Source: Chiloscyllium plagiosum (Eukaryota). From it: 64,000 nucleotides of DNA. Shown piece after piece: positions 24,952 through 36,703 of this stretch. A program made the position numbers and the translations under genes. The first letter of the stretch is position 1; each line of letters starts with the position of its first letter. The notes under the pieces are model-generated. The model made no database searches. It had not been told where the DNA came from and saw only the letters and a program-made list of their open reading frames with translations. The stretch spans positions 111,112,024 to 111,176,023 of the forward strand of contig NC_057710.1 in assembly GCF_004010195.1 (NCBI RefSeq), read 5' to 3'.

Positions 24952-26363
24952 TCATTCATCTTTGATAAGCCTGGGCAGTAAATATCAGCAGCTGCTCATA
25001 TTATTGGATTCTGATCACTGGATACTGATTCAAAACAGGATTTCAGGTTTAATTTTGCCTGTCGTCCCACCAAGGGAAACAATAAATCACTGAATAACAG
25101 GAGCTTCCCAAACAACTTGGATCAGCTCAGCCCAAACTTTGAATCTTGGATCTCTTTCGTTTGTATAATTCAGCAACATCATCTCTCATGCACCAAGCAA
25201 TTGGGAAAGATATACTATAGGATTCATATTACTCATTACTTCGTGTTATTGGTTACATATTTCTCTGATGGCTATTGGATAAAACAGTTTGTAATTTTCT
25301 CTATAAAGAACTATAGTGGCCTCATCACACCACAGAGTATGAAAACTGAGAAAGTGATGTGAATCAACTTTTTACTACCATTTAAAGAAAATTGCACACA
25401 TTTCCAGTGAATCAGTGTCCTTTTTAGTTTAAAAATGCATAGCTTTTGCTCATATCCAACGTGCTTATCTTGAAGTCACATTTCCACAATAGATTCTTCA
25501 ATTATCTGAATATAAAAAATTACTAAGTGCTGTCCTCGCAAACTCAGACAAAAGAAAAGCAAATGGCAGGCAGTTTATGGTTATGCAAGCTAACTAACAT
25601 CCACATTGAGCACACAACAAGTGCTAACTACTTTCAAATTTGGTAACTTACTTCAAACTAACTGCCATCCAGGTCTGCAATAACCAGTTGTAATTAATGT
25701 TGCATGTGTTATGCTCAACACCTCAGATGTTATATCATCTTATTACTGTCCTGGAAAGTATATCCACACTGACTTTGTTAATTTGGATGTTAGAACACAA
25801 GCTGCTGTTCACATTAATCTGCCCTTTCTCATCACATATGGCCTCTGAATTCTACAGTACTATCCATCACAGCATAACATGACCTCATCTGAGAGTCAGG
25901 TTTCAGTTCAGAGGCAGCACAGTGTAAAACAGCATCTGCACCTGACTGTGTCGTAACAACCTGTCCCTCACTAGAATTATGTCCTTCATTACTAACATGG
26001 CTGATATAAGCTGTACCAACAGCCCCTACAAGCTTGCTAATGATAACAAAACAGAAACTTAACAGTCACAGGCAGAGCCAATTTCTCTGTCGCTGAATTT
26101 GAGAATGCAATATTTGAAAAGGGATTAAGCACAGGAATGCACAAGAGACTTTTTAAACAACATTTAGGAGAAATAAAGCAAACTGTTCTAATACATTAAG
26201 AAATGACTTCCATTTATGCAGTACCTTTCAAACCTTATGATATCTCAAAATGTTTCACTGCCAATTAAGCCCTTGTTGAAGTGTAGTCTCTCTCGGCACA
26301 TAGCCATTACATTGCTGAACAGAGCCATCACAGGGTTGTTGGTTCTCAGTACTGGCCTCTGTT

Positions 26364-26890
26364 CATAGAACCGTACAATTATACAGTACAGAAGAGAATT
26401 TCAAATCTGTACACCATAAATATATTACTATCGACACTAATCCCATCTTTCTGCACGTCCCCAAATATTATGACACTTCAAATGGTCATCCAAGTGATTT
26501 TTAAACATTGTAAAATTTTTTCCCTCGACTATTCTCCCAGGCTGTGCATTCCAGTCCCCACCACACTCAGGGTGAAAAGATTTTTCCTAAAATCTTCTCT
26601 AAACCTCCAGCCTTTCACTTAAAAATTATACATCTTTGTTATTTGCCCTTCAACTAAGGGGAACAGAAATGCTTTCTATCCCTGTCCAAACCCTTCATAA
26701 CTTCATATACCTGTATCTGGTTCCCCCCCAAACCCCCAATTTTCTCTGCTTTGAAGAAAATAACCCAATCTTATCCATCCTCTCTTCATCGCTGAATTGC
26801 TCCATCCCAGACAACATCCTGGTGACCTCCTTTACCAGTTTCAGTGTAATCACATCCTTCCTATTCCAGAACTGCACACCAGCTATGGTT
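26364..26890 (-). mobile_element. CR1 LINE 3' fragment
   Basis: Minus strand reads VQFWNRKDVITLKLVKEVTRMLSGMEQFSDEERMDKIGLFS, the CR1 RT C-terminus. Confidence 0.8.
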
Positions 26891-26929
26891 TAACCAACAT
26901 CCTGCTACTTCTGCTCTGACTAGTACATT

Positions 26930-27900
26930 GCATTTGTAGTAATCTTCAGATCACTATCTTTGAGGTCTCACTTTTCAAATTACTTCCTAACTCCCTATAT
27001 TCTAGATTAGATTAGATTACTTACAGTGTGGAAACAGGCCCTTCAGCCCAACAAGTCCACACCGACCCGCTGAAGCACAACCCACCCAGACCCATACCCC
27101 TACATTTACCCCTTACCTAACACTACAGGCAATTTAGCTCGGCCAATTCACCTGACCTGCACATTTTTGGACTGTGGGAGGAAACCGGAGCACCCGGAGG
27201 AAACCCACGCAGACACGGGGAGAATGTGCAAACTCCACACAGTCAGTCGCCTGAGGCGGGAATTGAACCCGGTTCTCTGGCGCTGTGAGGCAACTGTGCT
27301 AACCACTGTGCCACCGTGCCGCCCACAAAATACTTTTAGGACTTCATCCCTTTTATTATCGTTGGTACCAATATGTACCATAACCATTTGCTTTTCACCC
27401 TCCCTCTGCAGAATGTCCCATAGCTGCTCTTAGACATTATTGACCCTGGCACCAAGAAAGTAATATATCATCTTGCAGTCTCATTTGTAGGCACAGAAAT
27501 ACCTGACTGGTTTCCTAACAATTGAATCCCTAATAACTGTTGCATTCTCACACTTCTTATTCTTCCCCTTTGTAGCATAGCTGAGCTGCAAAGAATTTGG
27601 CTTTTGCTGTTTTCCCCGAGATGCTATTCCCCTCAACAGTATCCAAAGTGGTATATATGCTTTGTAGGGGAATAGCCGGGGAGACCCCTGCATTGCCTGC
27701 CTAATCCTCCAGCTCACCTACTCCTTTCTTAGCCTGTGACTGACCAGCTTTCTGCCCGTGCTATCCATGATAAATTCTGCCTCATGGCTTCTCCACACTG
27801 TCCCAGCTTCCACTGCAGTTCCAAAACATAGGCTTCCAAGAGCTGCAGCTGGATAAATGCTGGTTCTGGGCAGTGAAAATGGTCCTTTCTACATAGAGCA
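26930..27900 (-). mobile_element. CR1 ORF1 (SGNH/GDSL-like esterase) relic, interrupted by a SINE
   Basis: Minus-strand ATVIRDSIVR (a GDS motif relic) and VMVHIGTND..RDEVL match the CR1 ORF1 esterase; LQLLEAYVLELQ matches the preceding coiled coil. Confidence 0.75.
27003..27324 (-). mobile_element. Full-length young HE1-like SINE
   Basis: Intact A and B boxes, retained CpGs and a TAATC tail. Confidence 0.93.
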
Positions 27901-27943
27901 AGAAGAGCACTCCACCGCTTTGAGCTCTTCTGCCATGTCTTAT

Positions 27944-28236
27944 GCAGCACGGTGGCTCAGTGCTTAGCACTGCTGCCTCACATCATCAGGGTCCCAGGGT
28001 CAATTCCAGCCTTGGGTGACTGTCTGTGTAGAGTTTGCACATTCTCCCCATGTCTGCATGGGTTTCCTCTGGGTGCTCCGGTTTCCTCCCACAGTCCAAA
28101 GATGAATTGGTCATGTAAATTGCCCATAGTGTGAGGTGTATTAGTCAGAGGGAAATGGGTCTGGGTGGGTTACTCTTCAGAGGGTCGGTGTGGACTTGTT
28201 GGGCCGAAGGGCCTGTTTCCACACTGTAGGGAATCT
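27944..28236 (+). mobile_element. HE1-like SINE
   Basis: GCAGCACGGTGGCTCAG head through the GGGCCTGTTTCCACACTGTAGGGAATCT tail. Confidence 0.9.
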
Positions 28237-29084
28237 TCCCACCCCACCTCCTGCAAAAATGCCATCCCATATTCCCAATTCCTCCACCTCCGCCGTATCT
28301 GCTCCCAAAAGGACCAGTTCTACCACAGAACACACCAGATGGCCTCCTTCTTTAGAGACCGCAATTTCCCTTCTCACATCGTTGAAGATGCCCTCCAACG
28401 CATCTCATCCACATCCCGCACCTCCGCCCTCAAACCCCACCCCTCCAACCGTAACAAGGACAGAACCCCCCTGGTCCTCACTTTCCACCCTACCAACCAT
28501 CGCATTAACCATATCATCCGCCGACATTTCCGCCACCTCCAAACAGACACATCCATCAAAGTTTCACCTGCACATCCACCAATATCATTTATTGTATCCG
28601 TTGCTCCTGATGTGGCCTCCTCTACATTTGGGAGACTGGACACCTCCTAGTCGAGCACTTCAGGGAACATGTCCGGGACACCCGCACCAATCAACCACAC
28701 CGCCCTGTGGCCCAACAGTTCAACTCCCCTTCCCACTCTGCTGAGGATATGCAAGTCCTGGGTCTCCTTCACCGCCGCTCCCTCACCACCCGATGCCTGG
28801 AGGAAGAACGCCTCATCTTCCACCTCAGAACACTTGAACCCCAGAGCATCAATGTGGACTTCACCAGTTTCCTCATTTCCCCGCCCCCCACCTTACCCCA
28901 GTTCCAACGTTCCAGCTCAGCACCAACATCATGACCTGTCCTACCTGCCAATCTCCCTTCCCACCTCTCCGCTCCACCCTCCTCTCTGACCTATCACCCT
29001 CCATCCCCACTCCCATTCACCAACTGTACGTTTTTCTACCTTCTCTCAGCTCCACCCTCCACCATTTATCTCTCCACTCTGGAG
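28234..29084 (+). mobile_element. Penelope-like element relic: RT thumb/linker and GIY-YIG endonuclease, internally deleted
   Basis: SSHPTSCKNAIPYSQFLHLRRICS..PLVLTFHP, then FTCTSTNIIYCIRCS*CGLLYIWETG..FREH..PVAQQFNSPSH..EERLIFHLRTLEPQSINVD. The Cys-containing linker suggests the Neptune-like group. Confidence 0.9.
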
Positions 29085-29224
29085 GTTAGGTGGATTAGCC
29101 ATGGGAAAAGGAGAGCTATAGGGATAGGGCAGGGATCTGGGTGGGATGCTCTTCGGAAGGTCAATATGGACTTGATGGGCCAAATACCCTGCTTCCACAC
29201 TGTAGCAATTCTATGATTCTATGA
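29083..29224 (+). mobile_element. HE1-like SINE 3' half
   Basis: GGTTAGGTGGATTAGCCATG through TTCCACACTGTAG and an (ATTCTATG)2 tail. Confidence 0.8.
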
Positions 29225-31377
29225 TGCTCCCCATATCAGTCAGTAGAAAATACACTGGGCAGTATGCGTACATAACCAGCGAAGAGTTCAAATTTGACCT
29301 TGTACTGGCTTTGTTCAAGGTGGCAGCCACAGCTTTCCAAGTGCTCAAAACACTCTGAAATGATCAGCATCGTTAACTTTGAACCAACATTGCTGGAAGC
29401 TGAAAACTTATCAATACATCTCATTGCACATCTCACTGTAAATTGGCTCTGTCTCTCACACACAAAATTCAGAATAGTAACTCAGTCAGGGTACTTGCTG
29501 GGACCACACCTTAATATGGCTCAGCATTTTCAGAGAAAATCAGAGTAGCAGTGAATAGCAGTTTCTTTCAGTCATATTAGCATATCACAAGCAGCAGCAG
29601 CTCGAAAAATATAATGGCATGGCGTACACTGAAGATCTGGAAAAAACGCAGAAAATTTTAGAGAAACTCAGCGTGTCCAGCAGCAAAATGTGGAGAGGAA
29701 AGAAATGTTATCAACTTGAGTTTGATATGACTCTTCTTCACAGTGTTGATAGCTCTCAGGTTGGTTCTGGGTCAGAAAGTTGTAGGGTCAAACTCTGCCC
29801 CAGGCCTAGATTGACACTGGTGAAACAAAGACTGACATTCTTCACATAAGATGTTAAATCAATGTCTGTCTGCTTCAGTGATTGAAATGGAAATTCTTCA
29901 GGAATCTGGCCAGCGTTTATCCTTCAAGCAAATCAATTGGTAAATCTTCTCATTGTTATTGCTGGGACAATATAATAACTGGCATTCACAATTGCATTTC
30001 CATACACAACAAGCATTGTACTTCAGAGTAACTCTTTGTATGAAGAACTCTGAGCTACCAAGTGTATAATTTCACCTTCACTGTTTGATTAGTGGGACAA
30101 TTACAGATCAATGGTTAAAATGACCCTGCCAAATTATTGTTTAAACAATAACGATTAAAGCTTAGAAAAATGCATCCTACATTGTTTTCATGTAGCTTCA
30201 CGCACTATGATCTGCAAAACTTCCTGAAAATACATTGAGATTTAAAAACTTAATGTAGAGTTTATGTTTAGAAAATCTTGTTAGACTTAAAGTATTTGGA
30301 TTAGTGCTTTTTAATTGTTGTAATCTCACCTTTCTTGACAAGCAAGTTACTAACAAACTAACCAAGGTCATTCGATTCTGCTTGATACCATAAACTAAGC
30401 AATGGAATGAGCAAGGCAGTGGGACTAATTTGAGAGCTCTTTCCACTAACTAACGCAGATACAATGGACCAAACATCTCTCTAATGAGCGATCGGGCTGG
30501 AGATTGATTGCGCTATGTATTGGAATCGTCTCTGATTTGAATTTCTATTGTGAAACAGGTAGTTGTGATGTGTGTACAACAAGAAGGTTAATCAATAATG
30601 CCTGCTTCATACTATCATCCAGCGTTGAAAGGCCTTTGACCGTATGAGATGCCTTGAGCTGTTTCCACTTGGTGAGGCACAACATAAATGAAAATATTTT
30701 AAAATGATTAGCAAAACTAGTGTAACAGCCCCGTTGATATCTGTCAGGATTGACATACCAGGGCCTCGTCTTTAATTAACTGGAATTGTTAATGAATTGT
30801 TATCAGCAAATGCCAATAAACTTTGAATTCCCTGCTGAATGCAAGCCTCCATTTGATTTACTTCAACCCTTAAATCTATCACTTCCTTAAAAAAAGCTTT
30901 CTCATTTTCATAAGCATGTTCATTCCTCTTCATCCTTTCCCAATGATGACCAAAGGTGGACAATCTGATTTTCTAATTTATTATTATTTACATCTGTTCT
31001 TGCGTTTACCAATGTCATCACTGTAATTAGCTGAGGGAGGCAGTTTGAATGATTGGTTCAATATGTTAAAGAAAAAAAACAACCGCTATGTTTTGCAGGC
31101 CTCTTGTGACAACCAGCTCATAGCTATCTTTCACAAATTGCAAAAGAAATGTGTAACCATTTATCTATGGTGTCTATCACAGGCTGTGTTGAATCTGAGC
31201 AGAAAATGGATAAGAGCATTAACTTCATGTCTTACACAATTTATACCATGTAAACTGACAGCAAATTAGGTGCATTGTCAGTGTGTAACATTTAAACCAG
31301 CAGACTTCCTTACTGGATTTAACAAGGCCGTTTTTTACAAAGATCAAAAATTCTACCTAATGGAACTCCCATGACTA

Positions 31378-32048
31378 GAAACATAAGAACAAGACTAGAC
31401 CATTTAGCCTGCTCTGCCATTTAGTATGAACAGTTAACATCAGTAATAGTCAAGCACTATAATGCCCTGTGCCCACACTATCCCCAGAACCCTTTATGTC
31501 ATTCATGATCAAAACTTTATCAGTCACTTCTTCAAACATACTCAAAGATTGAGTTCCCACAGCTCTCTGGTATACTGAATTCTATAGATTCATCACTCTC
31601 TGAATAAAAAATAAAATCTTATCTCAGTATGAAATGGCATCATAGAATTCTCCACAGTGTTGAAGCAGGCCACTCAGCCCATCAAGTCCACAGTGGCCTG
31701 CTGAAGTGCATCCTGTGCAGACCTACCCACCTACTCTGTCCCTGTAACTCTGCATTTCCTATGGCACATCCCTGGAAACTGGACAATTTAGCATGGCCAA
31801 TCCACCTAACCTGTTCATCTTAGGATGGTGGGAGGAAATTGGAGCACCTGGAGGAAACCCACGCAGACAAGGGGAGAACATGCAAACTTCATACAATCGG
31901 CCAAAGACAGATTTGAACCTGGGGCCCTGGCACTGTGAGGCAGCAGTGCTAACCACTGAGCCATGGGGCCACCATCACTCTTATTTTAAGTTTGTTCCTG
32001 GTTCTCGGCTCCCCATTCAGGGCAACATCTTAATTGCATCCAACCTAC
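31378..32048 (-). mobile_element. Old CR1 3' fragment with an HE1-like SINE (31641-31965, -) nested inside
   Basis: CR1 tail antisense features (CATAAGAA, CCACAGCTCTCTG..GAATTCTATAGATTCATCACTCTCTG) continue after the SINE; the SINE body is colinear with the other copies. Confidence 0.75.
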
Positions 32049-32587
32049 CTTAATTGCATCCTCCCACAATCCAATGATGTGTAGGTTATGTTATCCCTCT
32101 CTAATGAAAGAGCAGCCCTACGGTCCAGTTGACTCTGCTGACTTTACCATTTGTTTGGGATTTGGTTAATGTACGGAGATTTGTTATCATCTGCAAGGAA
32201 TTTGATTGCAGCCTATGAGGCTTTGGTGAGAGCTGGGTTTGGTAACAACCTATGGAGGGGTTGGTTACCAACTGCAGGAGACTTGTTTACATTCTACAGG
32301 AAGTATTTGGTTACATGTCTATGGAGGGCATGTGTACAATAACGTATTTCTCTCCTGCAACCCTCTACTTGAATCTCATCTTCCAGGATTCTACCCTTCC
32401 CACTGCACTAAAGTAATCCCTTCCAAAGCCATGGATGACAGTTTCATGACCATTCCCATCTAACTTCATCCCTCTTTACCTTTCTGTCTTTGCCAAGGAT
32501 GTCTGTCTTATCCACTTCCAAATTCTTTATCCAAATTGCTAAGTTCCAGTTTTTCCCAGTGTATATTGGTAGTCTTCTCTTCCCTAA

Positions 32588-32860
32588 GGGCGGTATGGTG
32601 GCTAGTGTCAGGGACCCGGGTTCAATTCCAGCCTTGAGCGACTATCTGCTCCAGTTTTCTCCCAGAATCCAAAGATAAGCAGGTTAGGTGAATTGGCCAT
32701 TCTAAATTGCCCCATAGTGTTCAGGGATGTGCAGATTAGGTGCATTGAACAAGAGTACATATCGGGTAGGGGAATGGGTCTGGGTGGATTACTCTTCAAA
32801 GGGTCAGAGTGGATTGTTGGGCTGAAGGGCCTGTTTCCAAACCGTAGGGATTCTATGATT
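32588..32860 (+). mobile_element. HE1-like SINE with internal deletions
   Basis: Box B GGGTTCAATTCC and tail GGGCCTGTTTCC..GGGATTCTATGAT. Confidence 0.85.
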
Positions 32861-34036
32861 AGAACCCATGAGTATTCACTTTGTTTAAATACAGTACTGA
32901 TATTTTTATTGCGCCTGAAAATAATCATGATGTAGAGTTGTAAAATAATTGGAGCATAGGAATTCAATAGAGTACAGATTGAGAATCTGGGATACATAAA
33001 AAAATGAAACACCACAATAACATTATATGCTACAGTGTAGAATTATAATTGAAAGGTTTATACAGTGCACCCAGTAATGGAAATAAGATGGAGGAGTGAA
33101 TATGTAAAGGAATATATTAAGGAGTGAGAGACAGAATAATAAGCACAGGAAATTTTACCCAACCCCCCTAAAAAAATTGATAAGTGACAGTGAAGGGAGA
33201 TTAGGAAAGATAGATTGCATAAGGTGTGCAGGATTCCTTTCTTACCCAGTACGTTTAAAGAAACTGATAAAAGTAGCAGCATTTCTGGATTACTACTGGA
33301 AAGTGAACTAGAAGGAATAAACAGAGGAATCCGTAATCACAAAATAATTACAGAACTTAAATAAAGATGAGAGAAGAGCAAGATGAAATGAATAGAATGC
33401 AAATAAGTTGATATTAAAATGACAAAATCTGAAGTAGGGAACACAAACTAGCAATAACAAAACTAAGACAGGTACCAGTACAAAAGAAGTGTGAAAATTT
33501 AAAATGACAAGTGTGCCCAGAAGAAAAGCAAGAAAAGCAAGCAATAAATATACAATAAATAAATATCGGCCAAAGAACTACACACAAGACTGAAATACCT
33601 AGTAGAAGAGTCACAGCACTCCATCCACTCCACCCAGGAATTCCTAAAAACCATTATAAACACCAAAATAGAGGAAGACGAAGCAATGATCTCATTTGAC
33701 GTAACAGCACTGTTCACCTCCATCAACATCGACTTGGCAAAGGAAACACTTACCACACTTTTAGAAGAGGCCATCACACACACACCAACCACCAACAATC
33801 ACACTACCAATGAAAACATCATGAAGCTAGTGGACATGTGCCTCACCACCCACTTCACCTTCAACAACATAATCTACAAACAAACCAACGGCACAGCCAT
33901 GGGATCTCTGCTATCAGGATTCATAGCAGAAGCTGTAATGCAAAGACTAGAACAAACAGCCCTACCAACCATCAAACCAAAAGTCTGGGTCCGCTATGTA
34001 GATGACACCTTTGTCATCACAAAACGAAACAAGATA

Positions 34037-34310
34037 NNNNNNNNNNNNNNNNNNNNNNNNNNNNNNNNNNNNNNNNNNNNNNNNNNNNNNNNNNNNNNNN
34101 NNNNNNNNNNNNNNNNNNNNNNNNNNNNNNNNNNNNNNNNNNNNNNNNNNNNNNNNNNNNNNNNNNNNNNNNNNNNNNNNNNNNNNNNNNNNNNNNNNNN
34201 NNNNNNNNNNNNNNNNNNNNNNNNNNNNNNNNNNNNNNNNNNNNNNNNNNNNNNNNNNNNNNNNNNNNNNNNNNNNNNNNNNNNNNNNNNNNNNNNNNNN
34301 NNNNNNNNNN
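34037..34310. other. Assembly gap (274 N)
   Basis: Run of N inside the PLE ORF. Confidence 1.
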
Positions 34311-34749
34311 AAACTTAAAAGACCCAGTACAACCCATGGACAAAACCAATGTCATCTACAAAATTCCATACAAGGACTGCCACAAACACTACACAGGACA
34401 AACAGGAAGAAAGTTAGCCACCAGGATACACGAACACCAGTTAGCCACAAAAAGACACGACCCTCTCTTTCTCCCTCGTAGCCCTACACATGGATGAAAA
34501 AAACCACCATTTCGACTGGGACAACACATCTATCCTGGGACAGGATAAGCAAAGACATACCAGAGAATTCCTAGAGGTCTGGCACTCCAACCACAATACC
34601 ATAAACAAAACATATGGATCTAGATGCCATCTATCAACCCCTCAGAAAACAAACAGGAAATGGCATCACCACAAACCCCAGGAACCCCATCCAGGAGAAA
34701 GATATAAATAGAAAGCAGGAGACAACAGCTTAGCTTCACTTGGAGGTCG

Positions 34750-34789
34750 CCACTGATGATGCTACCTAGCCAGGTAATGAAACGTCTGG
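34750..34789 (+). ncRNA. Minimal type-I hammerhead ribozyme motif in PLE 3' end, core intact
   Basis: cca-CTGATGA-t-GCTACCT-agcc-AGGTAAT-GAAA-CG-TC-tgg: stem I CCA/TGG, stem II with one C-A mismatch and a G-U closing pair, ACGT palindrome. Confidence 0.8.
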
Positions 34790-34883
34790 ATATCAAACCT
34801 ACAGCTCTGCGAGCAAACCTACACCCTGAATATGCATCATGCATGAATAATGAAAAATGGAAAAAAACAAAACTTAAGAAAAA

Positions 34884-35224
34884 GGTGGCTCAGTGGTTAG
34901 CACTGCTGCCTCACAGTGCCAGGGATCCAGGTTCGAGTCCAGCCTCTGGCGACTGTCTGTGTGGAGTTTGCACATTTTCCCCATTTCTGTGTGAGTTTCT
35001 TCCAGGTGCTCTGTTTCCTCCCACAATCCAGAATGTGGAGGTTAGGTGAATTGGCCGTACTAAATTGCCCATAGTGTTCAGGCATGTGTAGATTAGGTGC
35101 ATTAGTCAGGGATAAATGTTGAGTAATAGAGTAGGGGAATGGACTTGGGTGGGTTACTCTTCGGAGGGTCGGAGTGGACTTGTTGGTCCAAATGGCCTGT
35201 TTCCACACTGTAGGGATTCTATGA
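34884..35224 (+). mobile_element. Full-length HE1-like SINE
   Basis: Box A GGTGGCTCAGTGG, box B GGTTCGAGTCC and the CR1-like tail. Confidence 0.92.
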
Positions 35225-35414
35225 TATCTAAAGTATCTTCACTTCACGGCTTCTCCCTTAATGCTTTCCTTGTCTTCATCTCGATGCTTCCCATAGATGC
35301 CATCCTTTGTACACGTTATCTTTCTCATGTATGCTGGTAACAGCCAGCAATATTCTTCCATTATCTCTTCAATCCTTCTATTAACTGGATAGGCCAGCCT
35401 TTATTTCCTATCAC

Positions 35415-35605
35415 TAACTGCCTTCAAGGAGGTGACGGTGCATTGCCTTCTTGAATCACTGCAGTCTTTGAGGTGGAAATCCACCTACAGCACTGTTCGG
35501 AAAGGAGCTCCAGGATTTTGGCCAAACCTCAGCGAAAGAACAGCAGGTATACATCCATGTCAGGATGGTGCGTGACTTGCAGGGATTGATGCTTCCATGT
35601 ATTTG
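35415..35605 (-). mobile_element. 3'-end fragment of the LINE family at 18824
   Basis: GCCTTCTTGAATCACTGCAGTC..TCCAGGATTTTG..TCAGGATGGTGCGTGACTTG is colinear with 18905-19040. Confidence 0.7.
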
Positions 35606-36394
35606 CTGGCTGTATGCTTCTCAGAGACAGGGGTCACAGGATTAGATGGGGTGCTACATAGAATGGGCCTTGGTGACATACTGTGGGATGCAGTGGTATT
35701 AAAACTCACCAGCATGTTGCACCAAAGTGAAACTCCTGCACCAGCTGAGCTTGGAAAACTCACCCTTTGTCAACATCAGGGCCATGTTTAGCATCACCCA
35801 CGACACAGCCTGCCAACCCTCAATACACTCACCTACCCACCCTTCTGGCTGGGCATCTGTTCGGTATATTGGAACATTTTTGTCCATTGAAGATGCTGTT
35901 AGTAATTATGTGGCATTAGTTTACTCTTTCTCTCCTCTCCTCACTTGCTGTTTTTTGAGATGGATGACAGGTGGATTTACAGTATAGAAGTTATACAGGT
36001 ATACACATCTTAGTGAATGAAAACTGCTGCACCTTCTTATCTAGGGCTTATAATTACAAATTCAAAATTCAGAATTTTCCCAACAATTGTGTGTGCACTT
36101 TAAGTTTTGATACAGTAGATTCAAAAAAATATTTTCTTGCATTGTTTATGCTGTAAAGAAGTCTTGATGTAACTTTCATCTCTGGATGGATAATAAATGG
36201 TAACATATTAATGCAGGCTATAATCCTGCCTGATTTTCTGATCCATGATAACACCAGCAGCAATAAATTAATCAACCACCCCTCTTACTGCCCCAACCCA
36301 CCACCCCCCTATGCTTGAAAATTTCTATACCCTTCTATCCTTTGATAATTTTAGAAAAATATGGAGATCAGCACAAAACATAAGAGCTTTACAT

Positions 36395-36703
36395 TGAATG
36401 GAAGCAAGCTAGTTGGCCCATCGAGTCCACACTGACTCTCTGAAGAGCATCCCACACAGACCCATTCCATCCCTGTATTTTCCAATACTAATCCACATAG
36501 CCTATCCATCCCTGGACACTGTGGGAAATTTAGCATGACCAATCCACCTAACTTGCTGATCCTTGGACTGTGGGAGGAAATTGGAGACCTGGAGGAAACC
36601 CATGCAGGCCCAGGGAGAACGCACAAACTCTAGGCAAAGTGGAATCAAACCTGAGTCCCTGGCACTGTGAGGCAGCAATGTTAACCACTGAGCCACCATG
36701 TTG
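36395..36703 (-). mobile_element. HE1-like SINE, older
   Basis: Colinear with the other copies; head ..GGCACTGTGAGGCAGC..AACCACTGAGCCACC. Confidence 0.88.

Larger units (their letters stand above)
33565..34830 (+). mobile_element. Penelope-like element family A: RT, GIY-YIG and 3' end with hammerhead; 5'-truncated, spans an assembly gap
   Basis: RT motifs MISFDVTALFT, YKQTNGTAMGS, RYVDDTFVI. GIY-YIG motifs NVIYKIP.KDCHKHYTGQTGRKLATRIHEH..HHFDWDNTSILG..REFLE, with a frameshift near 34470. Confidence 0.93.

Noticed and set aside
28190-28744. 184-aa Pro/Ser/Thr-rich ORF
   Set aside because: Alternative frame of the C-rich Penelope relic.
30772-30963. Protein-like minus-strand ORF (HWERMKRNEHAYENEKAFF..) with a nearby donor
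   Set aside because: The acceptor lacks a pyrimidine tract and a stop codon precedes the donor.
32029-32061. Short duplication CTTAATTGCATCC x2
   Set aside because: Simple 20-bp-period slippage at the edge of a CR1 relic.
33686-34481. Apparently long ORFs across the gap, suggesting an intact active Penelope
   Set aside because: ORF length is inflated by 274 N; the element is 5'-truncated and frameshifted near 34470.
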